The notes: generated by a model from the sequence alone, not told the origin. DNA of 64,000 nucleotides from an uncultured bacterium (GCA_963825135.1 CAWGRW010000009.1:2368001-2432000), one strand, 5' to 3'. Counted from the stretch's first letter, positions 42,286 through 53,130 are shown. Numbers and translations: made by a program.

Positions 42286-42564
42286 TCAAACCCTCATCGA
42301 CGTATTGTCTTTCCCGGTCAGGGAACCCAGAAAGAACCTCATATTCTCTATCATGCCGCTGTTAAGAGAATAAAGACGGTTTTGTCTGACTTTACGCTCA
42401 CTAACAATTTCCGCCTCCTTGAGGATTTTGAGATGGTTCGAAATGGCAGGCTTGGATATATCGAATTTACTCGCTATATCACCAGCTGCACTTTCACCGT
42501 GACTCAGAAACTCCAGGATTTTCCTTCTTGTATCGTCTGCGATAGCTTTATACGGGCAACCCAT
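42286..42564 (-). CDS. ArsR/SmtB (SdpR-like) repressor, copy 2
   Basis: YKAIADDTRRKIL, AGDIASKFDISKPAISNHLKILKEA; AAGGAGG SD. Confidence 0.9.
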   Translation of the reverse strand: MGCPYKAIADDTRRKILEFLSHGESAAGDIASKFDISKPAISNHLKILKEAEIVSERKVRQNRLYSLNSGMIENMRFFLGSLTGKDNTSMRV

Positions 42565-42833
42565 TATTTAAACCTCCTTGGCTTAATCATATGTTTCTTT
42601 GTGTATTAATTTACCCAATATTTGTTCATTCATCTACTAAAATTCCGGTGCCAGTGCTTTAAATAAATTCTTTTCAATTTAGAGATTTTGATGTCCGTCT
42701 CAAGAATATTATACCATAGAATACAAAGTAAATTAATTCTGATAGTTAATTAACTGAAATTTCCAGTGGTTTCAATTTCGTGCTCGTATGCTAATCTAAT
42801 CTCATTGCAACAGACTCAAGGAGGATCAGCGAA

Positions 42834-44306
42834 TTGAACTTCACGTACAGCGACGAAAACTTGTTAACGATAAAGACGGATATTCTAGTTCTGGGGATGT
42901 TCAAAGGGGATAGATTCTCGGGTTCTGTAAAGAATGTCAACGAAGCATTGGGTGACGCTCTGAAGAGATTATCGAAGGATGATAAATTCGATGGAGACCT
43001 CGGGAAAAGCGTCTCGTTAAACAGCACCTTAGGCAAAATCGGAGCGAAAAGGGTGCTCCTCCTGGGGCTGGGCGATAGGTCAAAGTTCTCCCCGGAGGTA
43101 GTCAGAAAAGCCGGAATTTTAACTTCTAAAAGGTTTAAAACCGCATGTGCTCACATGACGTTCGGCCCCGAGTTCTACGGGGGGCGCGGTTTCATAGCGG
43201 CCCTGGCCGAAGGCGTTATGCTGGGCGCCTACGAATTCGACAAATACAAGACGAATAACGGTCCAGAGAGTGTAATAGAAAACGTCCTCCTAAACTCCGG
43301 AGGCATCAAAGACAGGAAATTCGAGGAAGAAATCGGCCTGGCAAAGACTCTCTCTCAATCCGCGTGCCTGGTGCGGGATCTGGTTAACGAGCCGCCTGTG
43401 TATATGACTCCTTCGAGGCTCGCAGAAATAGCGAAAGCGATCGCGGAAGAGGGGAATATGAACTGCGAGGTCTTCGACTTCGAGGAGATAAAGAGAAGGG
43501 GGATGGAAGGCCTCGTAGCGGTCACCAGCGGGAGCGATGAGCCGCCGAGGTTCATACATCTCACGTATGAGCCCCGTAAGAAGGCGGATACTGCGCTTGC
43601 GGTCGTGGGGAAGGGCATCACCTTTGATTCAGGCGGTCTGTGCCTCAAACCCGCCGACAGCATGCGCACCATGAAAATGGATATGGCTGGCGCGGCGGCG
43701 GTGCTCGGAATAATGCAGGCCGTGGCGCGTCTGAAACCCTCCGTCAAGGTCCACGGGCTGATTCCCTCATGTGAAAATATGACGGGGCCGGGCGCATATA
43801 AACCGGACGATATTATAAGAGCCTATAACGGCAAAACGATCGAGGTGATCAACACGGACGCCGAGGGCAGGATTGTGCTTTCGGATGCCCTTTCCTACGC
43901 GGTGCATCTCAAGGTCGACGAGATCATCGATCTCGCGACGCTCACGGGGGCGTGCATGGTGGCGCTCGGTACATTTACCGCGGGCGTAATGGGCAATAAC
44001 CAGAAGCTGATCGACAGGATTAAAAAGGCCGCCGATCGCTCGGGGGAGAAGATGTGGCAGCTTCCGATGGACGATGAGCTCCGCCCGGAGATTAAAAGCG
44101 ACGTCGCCGACATCAAGAATGCGGGCAGCAGGTGGGGGGGAGCCATCACGGCGGCGATGTTCCTGGAAAGCTTTGTCGGGGACACACATTGGGCTCATAT
44201 AGACATCGCGGGTCCGGCGTATAACGAAAAAGAAAGCACCTGGTACCCGAAGGGCGGCACGGGGTTCGGTGTCAGGACCCTCGTTTCGTATATCATCGAC
44301 AGATAG
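42834..44306 (+). CDS. pepA: Leucyl aminopeptidase (M17)
   Basis: VGKGITFDSGG, MKMDMAG, NTDAEGR, ATLTGA, HIDIAG. Confidence 0.96.
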   Translation: MNFTYSDENLLTIKTDILVLGMFKGDRFSGSVKNVNEALGDALKRLSKDDKFDGDLGKSVSLNSTLGKIGAKRVLLLGLGDRSKFSPEVVRKAGILTSKRFKTACAHMTFGPEFYGGRGFIAALAEGVMLGAYEFDKYKTNNGPESVIENVLLNSGGIKDRKFEEEIGLAKTLSQSACLVRDLVNEPPVYMTPSRLAEIAKAIAEEGNMNCEVFDFEEIKRRGMEGLVAVTSGSDEPPRFIHLTYEPRKKADTALAVVGKGITFDSGGLCLKPADSMRTMKMDMAGAAAVLGIMQAVARLKPSVKVHGLIPSCENMTGPGAYKPDDIIRAYNGKTIEVINTDAEGRIVLSDALSYAVHLKVDEIIDLATLTGACMVALGTFTAGVMGNNQKLIDRIKKAADRSGEKMWQLPMDDELRPEIKSDVADIKNAGSRWGGAITAAMFLESFVGDTHWAHIDIAGPAYNEKESTWYPKGGTGFGVRTLVSYIIDR

Positions 44307-44358
44307 TCCGGCCGCCACATTTTAATTTTCACAAAATTTCTGCAATTGCGTCTGCGGG

Positions 44359-46011
44359 ATGAATTCGATGCACAGCCTTTTTGAATCCTTTCGTAAATAC
44401 AACTTCGTCAGATTCGATCTGAGGGGCGAGATACCCGAAGTGGAAGAAAAGGGGTTTCTTCCGTTCCTGGGCGGCAAAAAGAGGCTCGCGGTAGGAGAGA
44501 TTGAAAAGATACTATCCGCCATAGAGGCCTCGGATGAAATACTCGGGGTGCTCGTCGTGATAAGCGAGCTCAGGATAGGCCTCGCGCGCGCCAATTCCCT
44601 GAGGAGATGTTTACTAGGCCTGAGAAGAAGGGGTAAGAGGGTCTTTGTATATATAGAGAGCGGGGGGAATATCGAATACCTCATCGGCTCGGCCGGGGAA
44701 TACATTTTCATCCCTCAATGGGCGATGCTCAACCTTGTCGGTCTCAGCGCGGAAGTTACTTTTTATAAAGACATACTCGACAAACTCGGCATCTCGGCCC
44801 GGCTTAAGGGGTATGGGGAGTATAAGAGCGCGGCTGAGGCTTTCACAAGGGGAACGATGTCCCCGCCTCACAGAGAGATGGTTGACTCGATTATCCGGAA
44901 CCTTGAAACCCAGTTCGAGGAGGCCGTATCTGAAGGTAGAGGGGTCAGGATTAAGGACGTCAGGGCCGTAATAGACCGGGGCCCGTTTGTCCCGGCATCG
45001 GCACTCGGCGAGGGCCTCGTGGATTGCATTGCCTATGAGCACGAAATCGAGGACAGGGTTTCTGAGGCCGTAGGCGTTAAAGTCAGGACGATAACGGCCA
45101 GGAATCTATACAGGCTATTGAAGATAAAGGAATCGCTCGGGTCCATTGTCGGAAATTTAAGAGGCAGGGGCGGGGTAATCGCGGTCCTCACCGATACCGG
45201 CATCGTTACGCTCGGTGAAAGCATGGGGCGCGGCGGGGTCAGGACAATGGGATCGGGCTCACTGCTGTCTATTCTCGAGCGGCTCTCCAGGGACAGGGGG
45301 ATAAAGGGTCTTGTGCTCAGGATATTGACTCCGGGAGGCTCAGGAGTCGCCTCTGACCTCATAAGGAAGAGCCTGAAAAGGATTTCCGAAAAAATGCCGG
45401 TCGTGGTTTCCATGTCGGACGTATCCGCATCCGGCGGTTATCTGATAGCCCTCGGCGCCCACAGGATCGTAGCGGACCCGATGACACTCACAGGCTCCAT
45501 AGGAATCGTGTCGGGCAAGTTTGATCTTGCGGAATTTTACGGGAAGCTAGGCGTGAAAAAAGAACTCATCCCTGTCGGAAAGAGGTCCCTGATGTTCTCG
45601 GCGAGCAGAGATTTTTCGGAGGAAGAGGGGGAGAAGCTCGACGAATTGATGAGATTCTATTACTCGGAATTCGTCGGGGCTGTCTCCGAGGGGAGGGGTC
45701 TCGGCCGGGACGAAGCGGAGAAAGCTGCGAAGGGGAGGGTGTGGACCGGAGCGCAGGCAAAGGAGCTCGGGCTCGTGGATGAGCTCGGCGGGTTCGGGGA
45801 CGCCGTAGCTATTGCCGCCCGTGAGGCCGGGCTGCCCGGGGGCAGGATGCCCCGTCTGAGGTTCTACGCCCCGGACAGGGGGGTCAGGCTCGCTTCCGTG
45901 CTCGGCGGCTCGGCATACTCGGATTTATTGAAAACGGTAGTCGAGAACTTAACCCTGCCCGGCTGCGAGGGCTGCATCGCCATTATGCCCTTCCGAATAA
46001 ACGTGAGATGA
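44359..46011 (+). CDS. sppA: Signal peptide peptidase, two-domain type
   Basis: GEYKSAAE, TPGGSG, SASGGY, TGSIGI, GRVWTG.QA..LGLVD. Confidence 0.9.
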   Translation: MNSMHSLFESFRKYNFVRFDLRGEIPEVEEKGFLPFLGGKKRLAVGEIEKILSAIEASDEILGVLVVISELRIGLARANSLRRCLLGLRRRGKRVFVYIESGGNIEYLIGSAGEYIFIPQWAMLNLVGLSAEVTFYKDILDKLGISARLKGYGEYKSAAEAFTRGTMSPPHREMVDSIIRNLETQFEEAVSEGRGVRIKDVRAVIDRGPFVPASALGEGLVDCIAYEHEIEDRVSEAVGVKVRTITARNLYRLLKIKESLGSIVGNLRGRGGVIAVLTDTGIVTLGESMGRGGVRTMGSGSLLSILERLSRDRGIKGLVLRILTPGGSGVASDLIRKSLKRISEKMPVVVSMSDVSASGGYLIALGAHRIVADPMTLTGSIGIVSGKFDLAEFYGKLGVKKELIPVGKRSLMFSASRDFSEEEGEKLDELMRFYYSEFVGAVSEGRGLGRDEAEKAAKGRVWTGAQAKELGLVDELGGFGDAVAIAAREAGLPGGRMPRLRFYAPDRGVRLASVLGGSAYSDLLKTVVENLTLPGCEGCIAIMPFRINVR

Positions 46012-46013
46012 CA

Positions 46014-46466
46014 TCAATAGAGCTTGAACTCTTTGTCGAGGATGAGGTGGCTCAAATATCCGATTACCACCGGGGTGTAGTACTCGAACCCCCCTGCGTT
46101 GAGGTCGGGTCTGATAATGGGCAGGACTATTAAAGGGGAGGGTATTATAAACGCCGCCGACAGGGAATGAGTCCATCCCCTGTGCTTGCCGATTATAGGC
46201 AGCAGCGCGAAAAATCCCAGGATCGCCGCTTTTTTATACTCTCCCGCAAGAAGGAAAATCCCGTCCAGGAGCAGAAAAAACCCGTAAAAGAGCTTTTGAG
46301 CCATGCTGCTCGTATCTATATCCGGCCATATGGAACCTAGTATGCAAAGTCCGAACCAGATGAGAGCTTCATAAGTGGGTTTATAAGAGAAGAAAAGCAC
46401 GAGCGCCGCGAGGTAAATCATGAACGCGAAAGCGCCGCCTAAAAGGTGTCCCCTATAGAGACTCAT
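46014..46466 (-). CDS. Membrane metal-dependent hydrolase (YdjM-like)
   Basis: [21 protein letters not shown]. Confidence 0.85.
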   Translation of the reverse strand: MSLYRGHLLGGAFAFMIYLAALVLFFSYKPTYEALIWFGLCILGSIWPDIDTSSMAQKLFYGFFLLLDGIFLLAGEYKKAAILGFFALLPIIGKHRGWTHSLSAAFIIPSPLIVLPIIRPDLNAGGFEYYTPVVIGYLSHLILDKEFKLY

Positions 46467-47409
46467 TCTTGACTTTCAGTGTGGAAACCACAGGAAAGAA
46501 TTCTAGCCATTCGGAGAATTTGGGGTCGCGTCCCTCGACTATGTCGAAAAATCTCGATTGCAGCCTCTTGGTTATCGGCCCCGGTTTTCCCTTGCCTATA
46601 ACCCTTTTATCGACATCCCTGATGGGGGTTATTTCCGCCGCGGTTCCCGTGAAAAAGGCCTCGTCCGCAATATATAGCTCGTCCCTCGTGAAACGCTCGG
46701 TTTCTATCTCGATTCCCTCGTCCTTCGCTATTTCTATCACCGAGTCCCTGGTTATCCCTTCGAGTATGGACGTGAGGGGCGGGGTTTTCAGAATTCCGTT
46801 CCTTACGATGAAAATGTTTTCGCCGGACCCTTCCGCCACATAGCCTTCCATGTCGAGGAGTATGGCTTCGTCAAATCCGAGGGAAGTGGCTTCGATTTTG
46901 GCAAGGACGGAATTAGCGTAGTTGCCGCTGACCTTGGCCTTGGTCATAAACGAATTTACTCCCATTCTGGTAAAGGATGAGATTTTTGCGCTTATTCCCT
47001 TGGAAAGCGCGCCCTCCCCAAGGTAAGTCCCCCACGGGTAAGCGGAAATCGCAAGGGTAATAGGGTTGTCGCCGGGATGGAGGCCGACTTTTCCGCCGCC
47101 GATGAAGGCGATGGGTCTGATATACGCCTCTTCGAGGTTATTTACCGAGAGCAGGTCTATAATGGCGTTGTGCGTTTCTTCTTTGGAGTAGGGTATCTTG
47201 ATTAGCGCGATATGGGCGGACGCGTAGAGCCTGTCGATGTGCTCGGGCAGCCTGAACACAGCGGACCCCTTGTCCCCGCACTTATACGCCCTGATACCCT
47301 CGAAAACGGCCAGGCCGTAATGAAGGGTGTGCGTAAGGACGTGAACCGATGCCTGGTCCCACGGTACAAGCTCGCCGTTAAACCAGATTTTATAAGGTTT
47401 GCTGCTCAT
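46453..47409 (-). CDS. ilvE: Branched-chain amino acid aminotransferase
   Basis: [41 protein letters not shown]. Confidence 0.96.
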   Translation of the reverse strand: MSSKPYKIWFNGELVPWDQASVHVLTHTLHYGLAVFEGIRAYKCGDKGSAVFRLPEHIDRLYASAHIALIKIPYSKEETHNAIIDLLSVNNLEEAYIRPIAFIGGGKVGLHPGDNPITLAISAYPWGTYLGEGALSKGISAKISSFTRMGVNSFMTKAKVSGNYANSVLAKIEATSLGFDEAILLDMEGYVAEGSGENIFIVRNGILKTPPLTSILEGITRDSVIEIAKDEGIEIETERFTRDELYIADEAFFTGTAAEITPIRDVDKRVIGKGKPGPITKRLQSRFFDIVEGRDPKFSEWLEFFPVVSTLKVKNESL

Positions 47410-47543
47410 CCCCTCAACTCCTGTTTACCTGATAATTCGTTCGTATAATCTATAAAATATTCCTTTTTTTCCGATTAATTGTCAAGTGCTGAATTTATAA
47501 ATTTCTTGACTCGCGATAGTTTCTTTGAATAATTATAGTACTT

Positions 47544-48128
47544 ATGCCGAAAGAGGACAATGTAGGCCCGGGTCTGGTCACGATTAAAAAGTACAGTAAC
47601 CGTAGACTCTATGACTCTACCAATAAGAAATACGTCACGCTGGACGATATAGGTGCGCTCATCCGGGAAGGAAGCGAAGTAAAGGTTATCGACTCCCAGA
47701 CCGGAGCCGATATCTCCAAAGTAATACTCATTCAGGTGGTGCTTGAGAGCGAGAAGAATAAAGAAGATATCCTGCCTGTTTCTTTCCTTCACATGCTTAT
47801 CAAGTACGGGAATAAGGTCGCGAAAGACTTCTTCGAGAATTACTTCCTGATGATGTTCCAGCCGTATTTTTCCGTACAGGAGAATTTCAAGAAGAACATG
47901 AAACTCTGGCAGGAGATGGGATGGTTTCCTCCTGGAGTCAAGATGCCGCCCAATTTCGAGCTTATGAACTCACCCGAATTTTCAATGGCAGACTTGTTCA
48001 AGAGCGCTCAGGAAGAATCTGCAAAGGAAAAATCGCTTCCGCAGACCACGAGGGAAGTCGAGTTCTTAATGGAAAAAATAAAGGAACTCGAGAAAAAGGT
48101 GAAGTCTCTCGACGAGGAACAGCAGTAA
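47544..48128 (+). CDS. phaR: PHA synthesis repressor PhaR-like protein
   Basis: IKKYSNRRLYDS...YVTLDDI..LIREG..V.VIDSQTGADI...L.Q. Confidence 0.8.
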   Translation: MPKEDNVGPGLVTIKKYSNRRLYDSTNKKYVTLDDIGALIREGSEVKVIDSQTGADISKVILIQVVLESEKNKEDILPVSFLHMLIKYGNKVAKDFFENYFLMMFQPYFSVQENFKKNMKLWQEMGWFPPGVKMPPNFELMNSPEFSMADLFKSAQEESAKEKSLPQTTREVEFLMEKIKELEKKVKSLDEEQQ

Positions 48129-48192
48129 ACCCGGTATTTATTCTCGGGTCCTCTCGCCTATAGGCCATACCCGAAATTCCGCTTTGCAAAAT

Positions 48193-48864
48193 TCAGTTCA
48201 GTTGGACACGAGATGCATCCACGGTATTAATGCTCAGGATATCACCCTGGACCTCGACATTACGGCCGAGGAGTATGTCTTCGCATGTAATATCGTCTCC
48301 GTTAAAAACAAGATCCGTCGATTCCGATATCTGAACTATAATCGTGACTGTTTCCTGGTCGTTCTTCGCGTCGACTTCGAGGGTTCCTGTGTTTCCCGTA
48401 CAGTTGTTGGTTGACACATCCCCGTTAAACGTCACTTCGGCAAGACTGTCGAAGCTCACCGTGCCGCTGCTGAGGGTTATATCTCCAAGCTCGAGATCAG
48501 CGGTCGGATATACGCTTAACCCGATTTTGCCGAGCGAATTCGAACTGGAATCGATGAATTCGATCTGGGGACTCCCCGCGATAGGACCGTCAATGGAAAA
48601 GAAACCGGCGGCGTCCGTTACATCCGTTTCAGGCGTACCGTTATCGACTGTGATTTCAACCGTGATTCCTTCCAGGTCCTGAGCGGGGATTACATCGACT
48701 ATGGTTCCCTGGACCGTCTCAACTTCATCGTTTCCGCCGCCTCCGCCACCGCCTCCGCTATCCCCGCCTCCGAACTCGATGTCGCAGCCGCCGATAATGA
48801 AGAACGACAGGATAATGAGAGAAATTACACCCCTGTGTAAAACATTATTCAGATTAAACCTCAT
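48193..48864 (-). CDS. Lipoprotein with Gly linker, beta-sandwich and DUF5666-like C-terminus
   Basis: Lipobox IGGC; poly-Gly; TDAAGFFSI; LGRNVEVQG....VDASRV. Confidence 0.7.
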   Translation of the reverse strand: MRFNLNNVLHRGVISLIILSFFIIGGCDIEFGGGDSGGGGGGGGNDEVETVQGTIVDVIPAQDLEGITVEITVDNGTPETDVTDAAGFFSIDGPIAGSPQIEFIDSSSNSLGKIGLSVYPTADLELGDITLSSGTVSFDSLAEVTFNGDVSTNNCTGNTGTLEVDAKNDQETVTIIVQISESTDLVFNGDDITCEDILLGRNVEVQGDILSINTVDASRVQLN

Positions 48865-49001
48865 TAATCCTCCTCGATCCTCGCTTTATAATTACGAGCG
48901 CTATATCGAATATTATACCCACGACTATCGGATTTTCATTAACCGGGCTTGATTAGCCTATTAATAGTTATCATGGTAGGATTGCATGGCAAAAAAAGGG
49001 A

Positions 49002-50261
49002 ATGTTAATGGATTCATTGCCGCGCGTGCTTTTTATCAACCATTCTGTAAGAGACGGGGGTCCCGGCAAGAGCCTTTTTTACCTGCTTAAATTCCTCGAC
49101 AGAACGAAAATAAATCCTTATGTGCTGATCCCGAAGGACGACGTATTCTCGGACTGGCTCAAAAGCGAGGGTATCTACGAGAATGTTATTATCGACCCCA
49201 GGTTTCCGGAAAACCTGAAAAGACCCCGCATTACGCAATCGGGCGAGAAAAGAAATGGCGGAATATTATGTATAATATACAATAGGTTACTGCACATCCT
49301 TTCCATATTACTGAATATATTGGACCTTCTTTCACTCGTGATTACCTCGCCCTTTTTGATAAAGCGGAAGCGTATTAACGCCATATACTGCAACGGCACC
49401 CAGGCAAAAATCGTCGGGGCGCTCATGGGCGTAATTAACTGGTGTCCGGTTATCTGGCATGTAAGGAATATTCAGCAGACCAGGCTTCTGGGGTCGATAA
49501 TCAATAACCTGGCCCGACTCCCGGTGGTCAAAAAAATAATATGCGTGTCCGGCGCAACAGCGGACAGGTTCCGCCGGGGCCGGGAGAAGGTGGTAGTCGT
49601 ACATAACGGGATCGATGACAGGGATTACGATCCCGAAACTACGAAGGGCGAGGTCAGGTCCGCATACGGTATTTCATCCGATACCGTGGTCATAGGGAGC
49701 ACCGGAAGGATAGTCCCTAGAAAGGGGTATGAGTTGCTGATAAAAGCGGCCGGTATCGCAGTAAGGGAGCTTGATAGCATACGGATTAAGGCGAAATTCG
49801 TCATCGTCGGCGATACCCCCTATTTTTTCCAGGAAGATCACCTCGGCAGTTTAAAGAGACTGGTCGCGGAAGAGGGGCTTCAAGAATATTTCATTTTCAC
49901 GGGGTTTAAAAAGGACGTAAGGCCGTGCTTGAAGGATTTTGATATATTCGTGATACCCTCAAGCTATCCCGACCCGTTTCCGAGGTCCGTAATAGAGGCC
50001 ATGTCTTTTGCGCTCCCGGTGGTAGGGTTCAGGGCAGGGGGGATTGTCGAGTCTGTGGATGACGGCGTTACGGGAATTCTGAGCGAGCCCGGCAGCACGA
50101 GGGACATGGCGAACGCCATATTGAGGCTCGCCCGTGACCCGGACCTCAGGGCGTCCATGGGAGTCGCCGGCAGGGCGCGGGTCAGGGAGAAATTTTCGGC
50201 AAGCGCGGTCGCGGCGGAAATAGAAAGAATTATTCTGGAAGTCTGCGGTAACCGGGCGTGA
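49002..50261 (+). CDS. Glycosyltransferase family 4
   Basis: VHNGID, GRIVPRKG, DPFPRSVIEAM..ALPVV. Confidence 0.92.
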   Translation: MLMDSLPRVLFINHSVRDGGPGKSLFYLLKFLDRTKINPYVLIPKDDVFSDWLKSEGIYENVIIDPRFPENLKRPRITQSGEKRNGGILCIIYNRLLHILSILLNILDLLSLVITSPFLIKRKRINAIYCNGTQAKIVGALMGVINWCPVIWHVRNIQQTRLLGSIINNLARLPVVKKIICVSGATADRFRRGREKVVVVHNGIDDRDYDPETTKGEVRSAYGISSDTVVIGSTGRIVPRKGYELLIKAAGIAVRELDSIRIKAKFVIVGDTPYFFQEDHLGSLKRLVAEEGLQEYFIFTGFKKDVRPCLKDFDIFVIPSSYPDPFPRSVIEAMSFALPVVGFRAGGIVESVDDGVTGILSEPGSTRDMANAILRLARDPDLRASMGVAGRARVREKFSASAVAAEIERIILEVCGNRA

Positions 50262-50264
50262 TCG

Positions 50265-51647
50265 TCACGACCGTTCCCTCTGTATTTTGTCTTTCTTCCT
50301 TTCCGATCTGAAGAGTATTTTTATCGGCGTCCCCTCGAGCTGAAACTCCTCCCTCATCTTGCCCTCGAGGAACCTCCTGTAGTTCTCGGGCACGCCCTTT
50401 ATATCGTTCGTGAATATGACGAAAGTGGGCTGTTTTGTCAGAGGCTGGGATATGTAATAGAATTTAATATCCTTCCCCTTATAGACGGACGGAGGGGTTT
50501 TTGCGATTACCCTCTGCAGAAAGTTATTCAGCCTTTTGGTAGAGATTCTCTGAGAGAAATTTGCGTATACCGAATCTATCCTGTCGAAGATCTTCTCTAC
50601 CCCTCTGCCCGTGAGGGCGGAGATGATCATTACCGGCGCGTAGTCGACGGCAAGCAGGCTTTCCTTGAGAACGCCTTCTATATCGGGCGTTTCCGCGGCT
50701 TCCTTCGGTACGAGGTCCCACTTGTTGAGGAGAATTATGCACGCTCTCCCCTTGTCGCTTATCAGTTCTGCGAGCCGGGCGTCCTGGTGGGTCGGCCCTT
50801 CTCCGGCGTCGATCATGAGGAGCGCGATATCGGCCCTTTCCATCGACCTGATTGCCCTGAATACGCTGTGTCTTTCGACGGAGAACGTAATCTTGGACTT
50901 TCTTCTGATCCCCGCCGTATCTATGAGGACGTAGTCTTTACCGTTCCTCGTAATAAACGTGTCTATGGAGTCCCTGGTAGTTCCCGGGATGGGACTCGTC
51001 AACAACCGCTCCTCCCCGAGGAATTTATTCACGAGGGTGGATTTGCCGACGTTCGGCTTTCCGAGCACCGCGATTTTTATTGCGTCTTCTTCGCTCTCAT
51101 CTTCTTCGGATTCTTTGTTTTCCGGGAGGAGCTCCACTACCTTGTCGAGGAGGTCGTTGATCCTCCTTCCCTGGAGCGCCGATATATCGACGTAGTCTTG
51201 TATTCCCAGCGTATGGAATTCCATGGCCCTTGACTCGTGCTTCCTGTCGTCGATCTTGTTGACTGCGATGATGAGGGGTTTCTTTACCTTTCTCAGCATG
51301 CTCACGATATCCTTATCGTGCGGCATGACCCCCTCTTTCCCGTCCAGAACGAACAGTACGAGGTCGGCTTCGTCGATAGCGATGCCGATCTGGTTCTTGA
51401 TGAGAGACGGATAGAGCTCTTCGTCGTCCGGATCGAACCCGCCCGTATCGACGAGGCTGAACTCCACGCCTCCCCAGTCCGTATCGGCGTAAATTCTGTC
51501 CCTCGTCACGCCGGGTATGTCTTCGACGATGGACTTTCTCTCTCTTATAAGCCTGTTAAAGAGCGTGGATTTTCCGACGTTAGGCCTGCCTATAATTGCT
51601 ACGAGCGGTTTGATCCGCGATTGGGTGTGTTTCATTTCTCTATTCAT
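50265..51647 (-). CDS. der: Ribosome biogenesis GTPase Der/EngA
   Basis: Two G domains: GRPNVGKS, GKPNVGKS; DTGG/DTAG; NKID/NKWD. Confidence 0.98.
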   Translation of the reverse strand: MNREMKHTQSRIKPLVAIIGRPNVGKSTLFNRLIRERKSIVEDIPGVTRDRIYADTDWGGVEFSLVDTGGFDPDDEELYPSLIKNQIGIAIDEADLVLFVLDGKEGVMPHDKDIVSMLRKVKKPLIIAVNKIDDRKHESRAMEFHTLGIQDYVDISALQGRRINDLLDKVVELLPENKESEEDESEEDAIKIAVLGKPNVGKSTLVNKFLGEERLLTSPIPGTTRDSIDTFITRNGKDYVLIDTAGIRRKSKITFSVERHSVFRAIRSMERADIALLMIDAGEGPTHQDARLAELISDKGRACIILLNKWDLVPKEAAETPDIEGVLKESLLAVDYAPVMIISALTGRGVEKIFDRIDSVYANFSQRISTKRLNNFLQRVIAKTPPSVYKGKDIKFYYISQPLTKQPTFVIFTNDIKGVPENYRRFLEGKMREEFQLEGTPIKILFRSERKKDKIQRERS

Positions 51648-51762
51648 GATTTCAGGAGCGAGCAGGGGGCGGTTTCTAATGCCGCTATTGCATACTGATT
51701 TTAACTATCGTATAATATAACTGTATTAAAGGGTTTATGCATTGTACCGACTGTTTTTATTG

Positions 51763-52518
51763 TCAATTCCGGTCCTTGTTTTTATAGTATTCCTTCACGC
51801 TCTTTAAAACGAATTCATGGTGATATGCTATCTGCTCTTCCCCGTATGCGTTTTCTTGACCGTACGGACATGCGATTCGAGAAGCGCATTTCCCGGAGCA
51901 CGTATCGGAGCTCATCCTGAACCTCATGCAAGACTCCCAGTCCCATCCCTTATCCGAAACCGTATTGGCCGGGCACGCGGCTATGCAGGGCTTGGGACAC
52001 GGCGGGCACGGATCGAATTTTTCCAGCGGCAAGTCATAATCGTCGAATTCAAGGTTCGTAATTATCGCGCCCCTGAGCGAAATCCATGTGCCGTATTCCG
52101 GATTGATTAATATGCCCAGAATGCTCGGCACCCCGACGCCGCCCAGTATCCCCAATCTCGAAAAATCCAATGCGAGCGCATTTTCTCCGAACGGGAAGAC
52201 GGTCTTATGAAATATTCCTCTCTCTTCATCCATAATGTCGTTTATACGGCCGAATATCAATGTCGAGTAGCTGTCTATGAGGTCTTCGTGTTTATGCCTG
52301 AACTCGGGGTTATTATCGAGAAAGCGCTTGAACTCGGTCCAGAAGGTACGGCCCGCAAAACCGGCCAGGATTATCGACTTCGCTCCCCTTACAAAGCTGC
52401 GCGTGCTTTCCCTGTTCGAACCCTCGTCGTATGTCTCGGATCTAATCTTTACGATGAGGTTGAATCCTGCCTCCCCGAAGCGTTTTCGCAGATCTTCGAA
52501 TATTTCGCTTGAATTCAT
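51763..52518 (-). CDS. Fe-S protein related to epoxyqueuosine reductase (QueG-like)
   Basis: GILINPEYGTWISLRGAI; CPPCPKPCIAACP; C..C..CASRIACP. Confidence 0.65.
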   Translation of the reverse strand: MNSSEIFEDLRKRFGEAGFNLIVKIRSETYDEGSNRESTRSFVRGAKSIILAGFAGRTFWTEFKRFLDNNPEFRHKHEDLIDSYSTLIFGRINDIMDEERGIFHKTVFPFGENALALDFSRLGILGGVGVPSILGILINPEYGTWISLRGAIITNLEFDDYDLPLEKFDPCPPCPKPCIAACPANTVSDKGWDWESCMRFRMSSDTCSGKCASRIACPYGQENAYGEEQIAYHHEFVLKSVKEYYKNKDRN

Positions 52519-52557
52519 GCGCTTCCGGCCTCCGGGATGATTACGAGAGGGGGGATC

Positions 52558-53130
52558 TTACGATAACTCTTCCGGAATGCTCGTGATTCCGGGTTCGAGG
52601 TTCTTGCTTATCTCGTCGATTTCCTTGAGAGTCGGCAGGTCGGACAGGCTCTTGAGGCCGAATACTTCGAGGAATTCCGGGGTCGTGCCGTAAAGGAACG
52701 GCTTTCCTATTACTTCCTTTCTCCCCTTTATTTCGAGAATCCTCCTCTCGAGAAGGGCGTTTATCACCCCCGAAGAATCCACGCCCCTGATGTTTTCGAC
52801 CTCGACCTTCGTGACGGGCTGCTTGTATGCGATTATCGCTATTACCTCGAGCGCCGCGCGGCTGAGCCTGAACTTTTTTACTCGCTTGTTAAAGTTGGTT
52901 ACGTACTCGCTGTAGGCGGGGTCCGTCCTGAACTGGTATCCCCCGGCCACCTCTTCAAGCACTATACCCCTGCCGAGTTCCTCCCAGTCCTGCACGAGCT
53001 CTTTCACGCATTTCTTTATCTCTCCTCTCTCGAGCTCCGTGAATACCTGCTGCAGCTTATCCACAGACACGGGCTGATCGGATATGAAGATAATGCATTC
53101 GATGGCCTTTTTTATCTCAGTAGGTTCCAA
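52558..53130 (-). CDS. scpB: SMC-Scp complex subunit ScpB
   Basis: EVAGGYQFRT, LSRAALEV.AIIAYKQPVT, YGTT.EFL..FGL; TTG start after AGGAG. Confidence 0.96.
   Translation of the reverse strand: MEPTEIKKAIECIIFISDQPVSVDKLQQVFTELERGEIKKCVKELVQDWEELGRGIVLEEVAGGYQFRTDPAYSEYVTNFNKRVKKFRLSRAALEVIAIIAYKQPVTKVEVENIRGVDSSGVINALLERRILEIKGRKEVIGKPFLYGTTPEFLEVFGLKSLSDLPTLKEIDEISKNLEPGITSIPEELS

Noticed and set aside
42635..42655. Third sigma54 promoter (TGGCAC on the minus strand) before ArsR copy 2
   Set aside because: The -12 GC is absent (TTTT)
48733..48772. (CCG/CCT/CCA)n tandem repeat
   Set aside because: Encodes the poly-Gly linker of a lipoprotein with mixed codons
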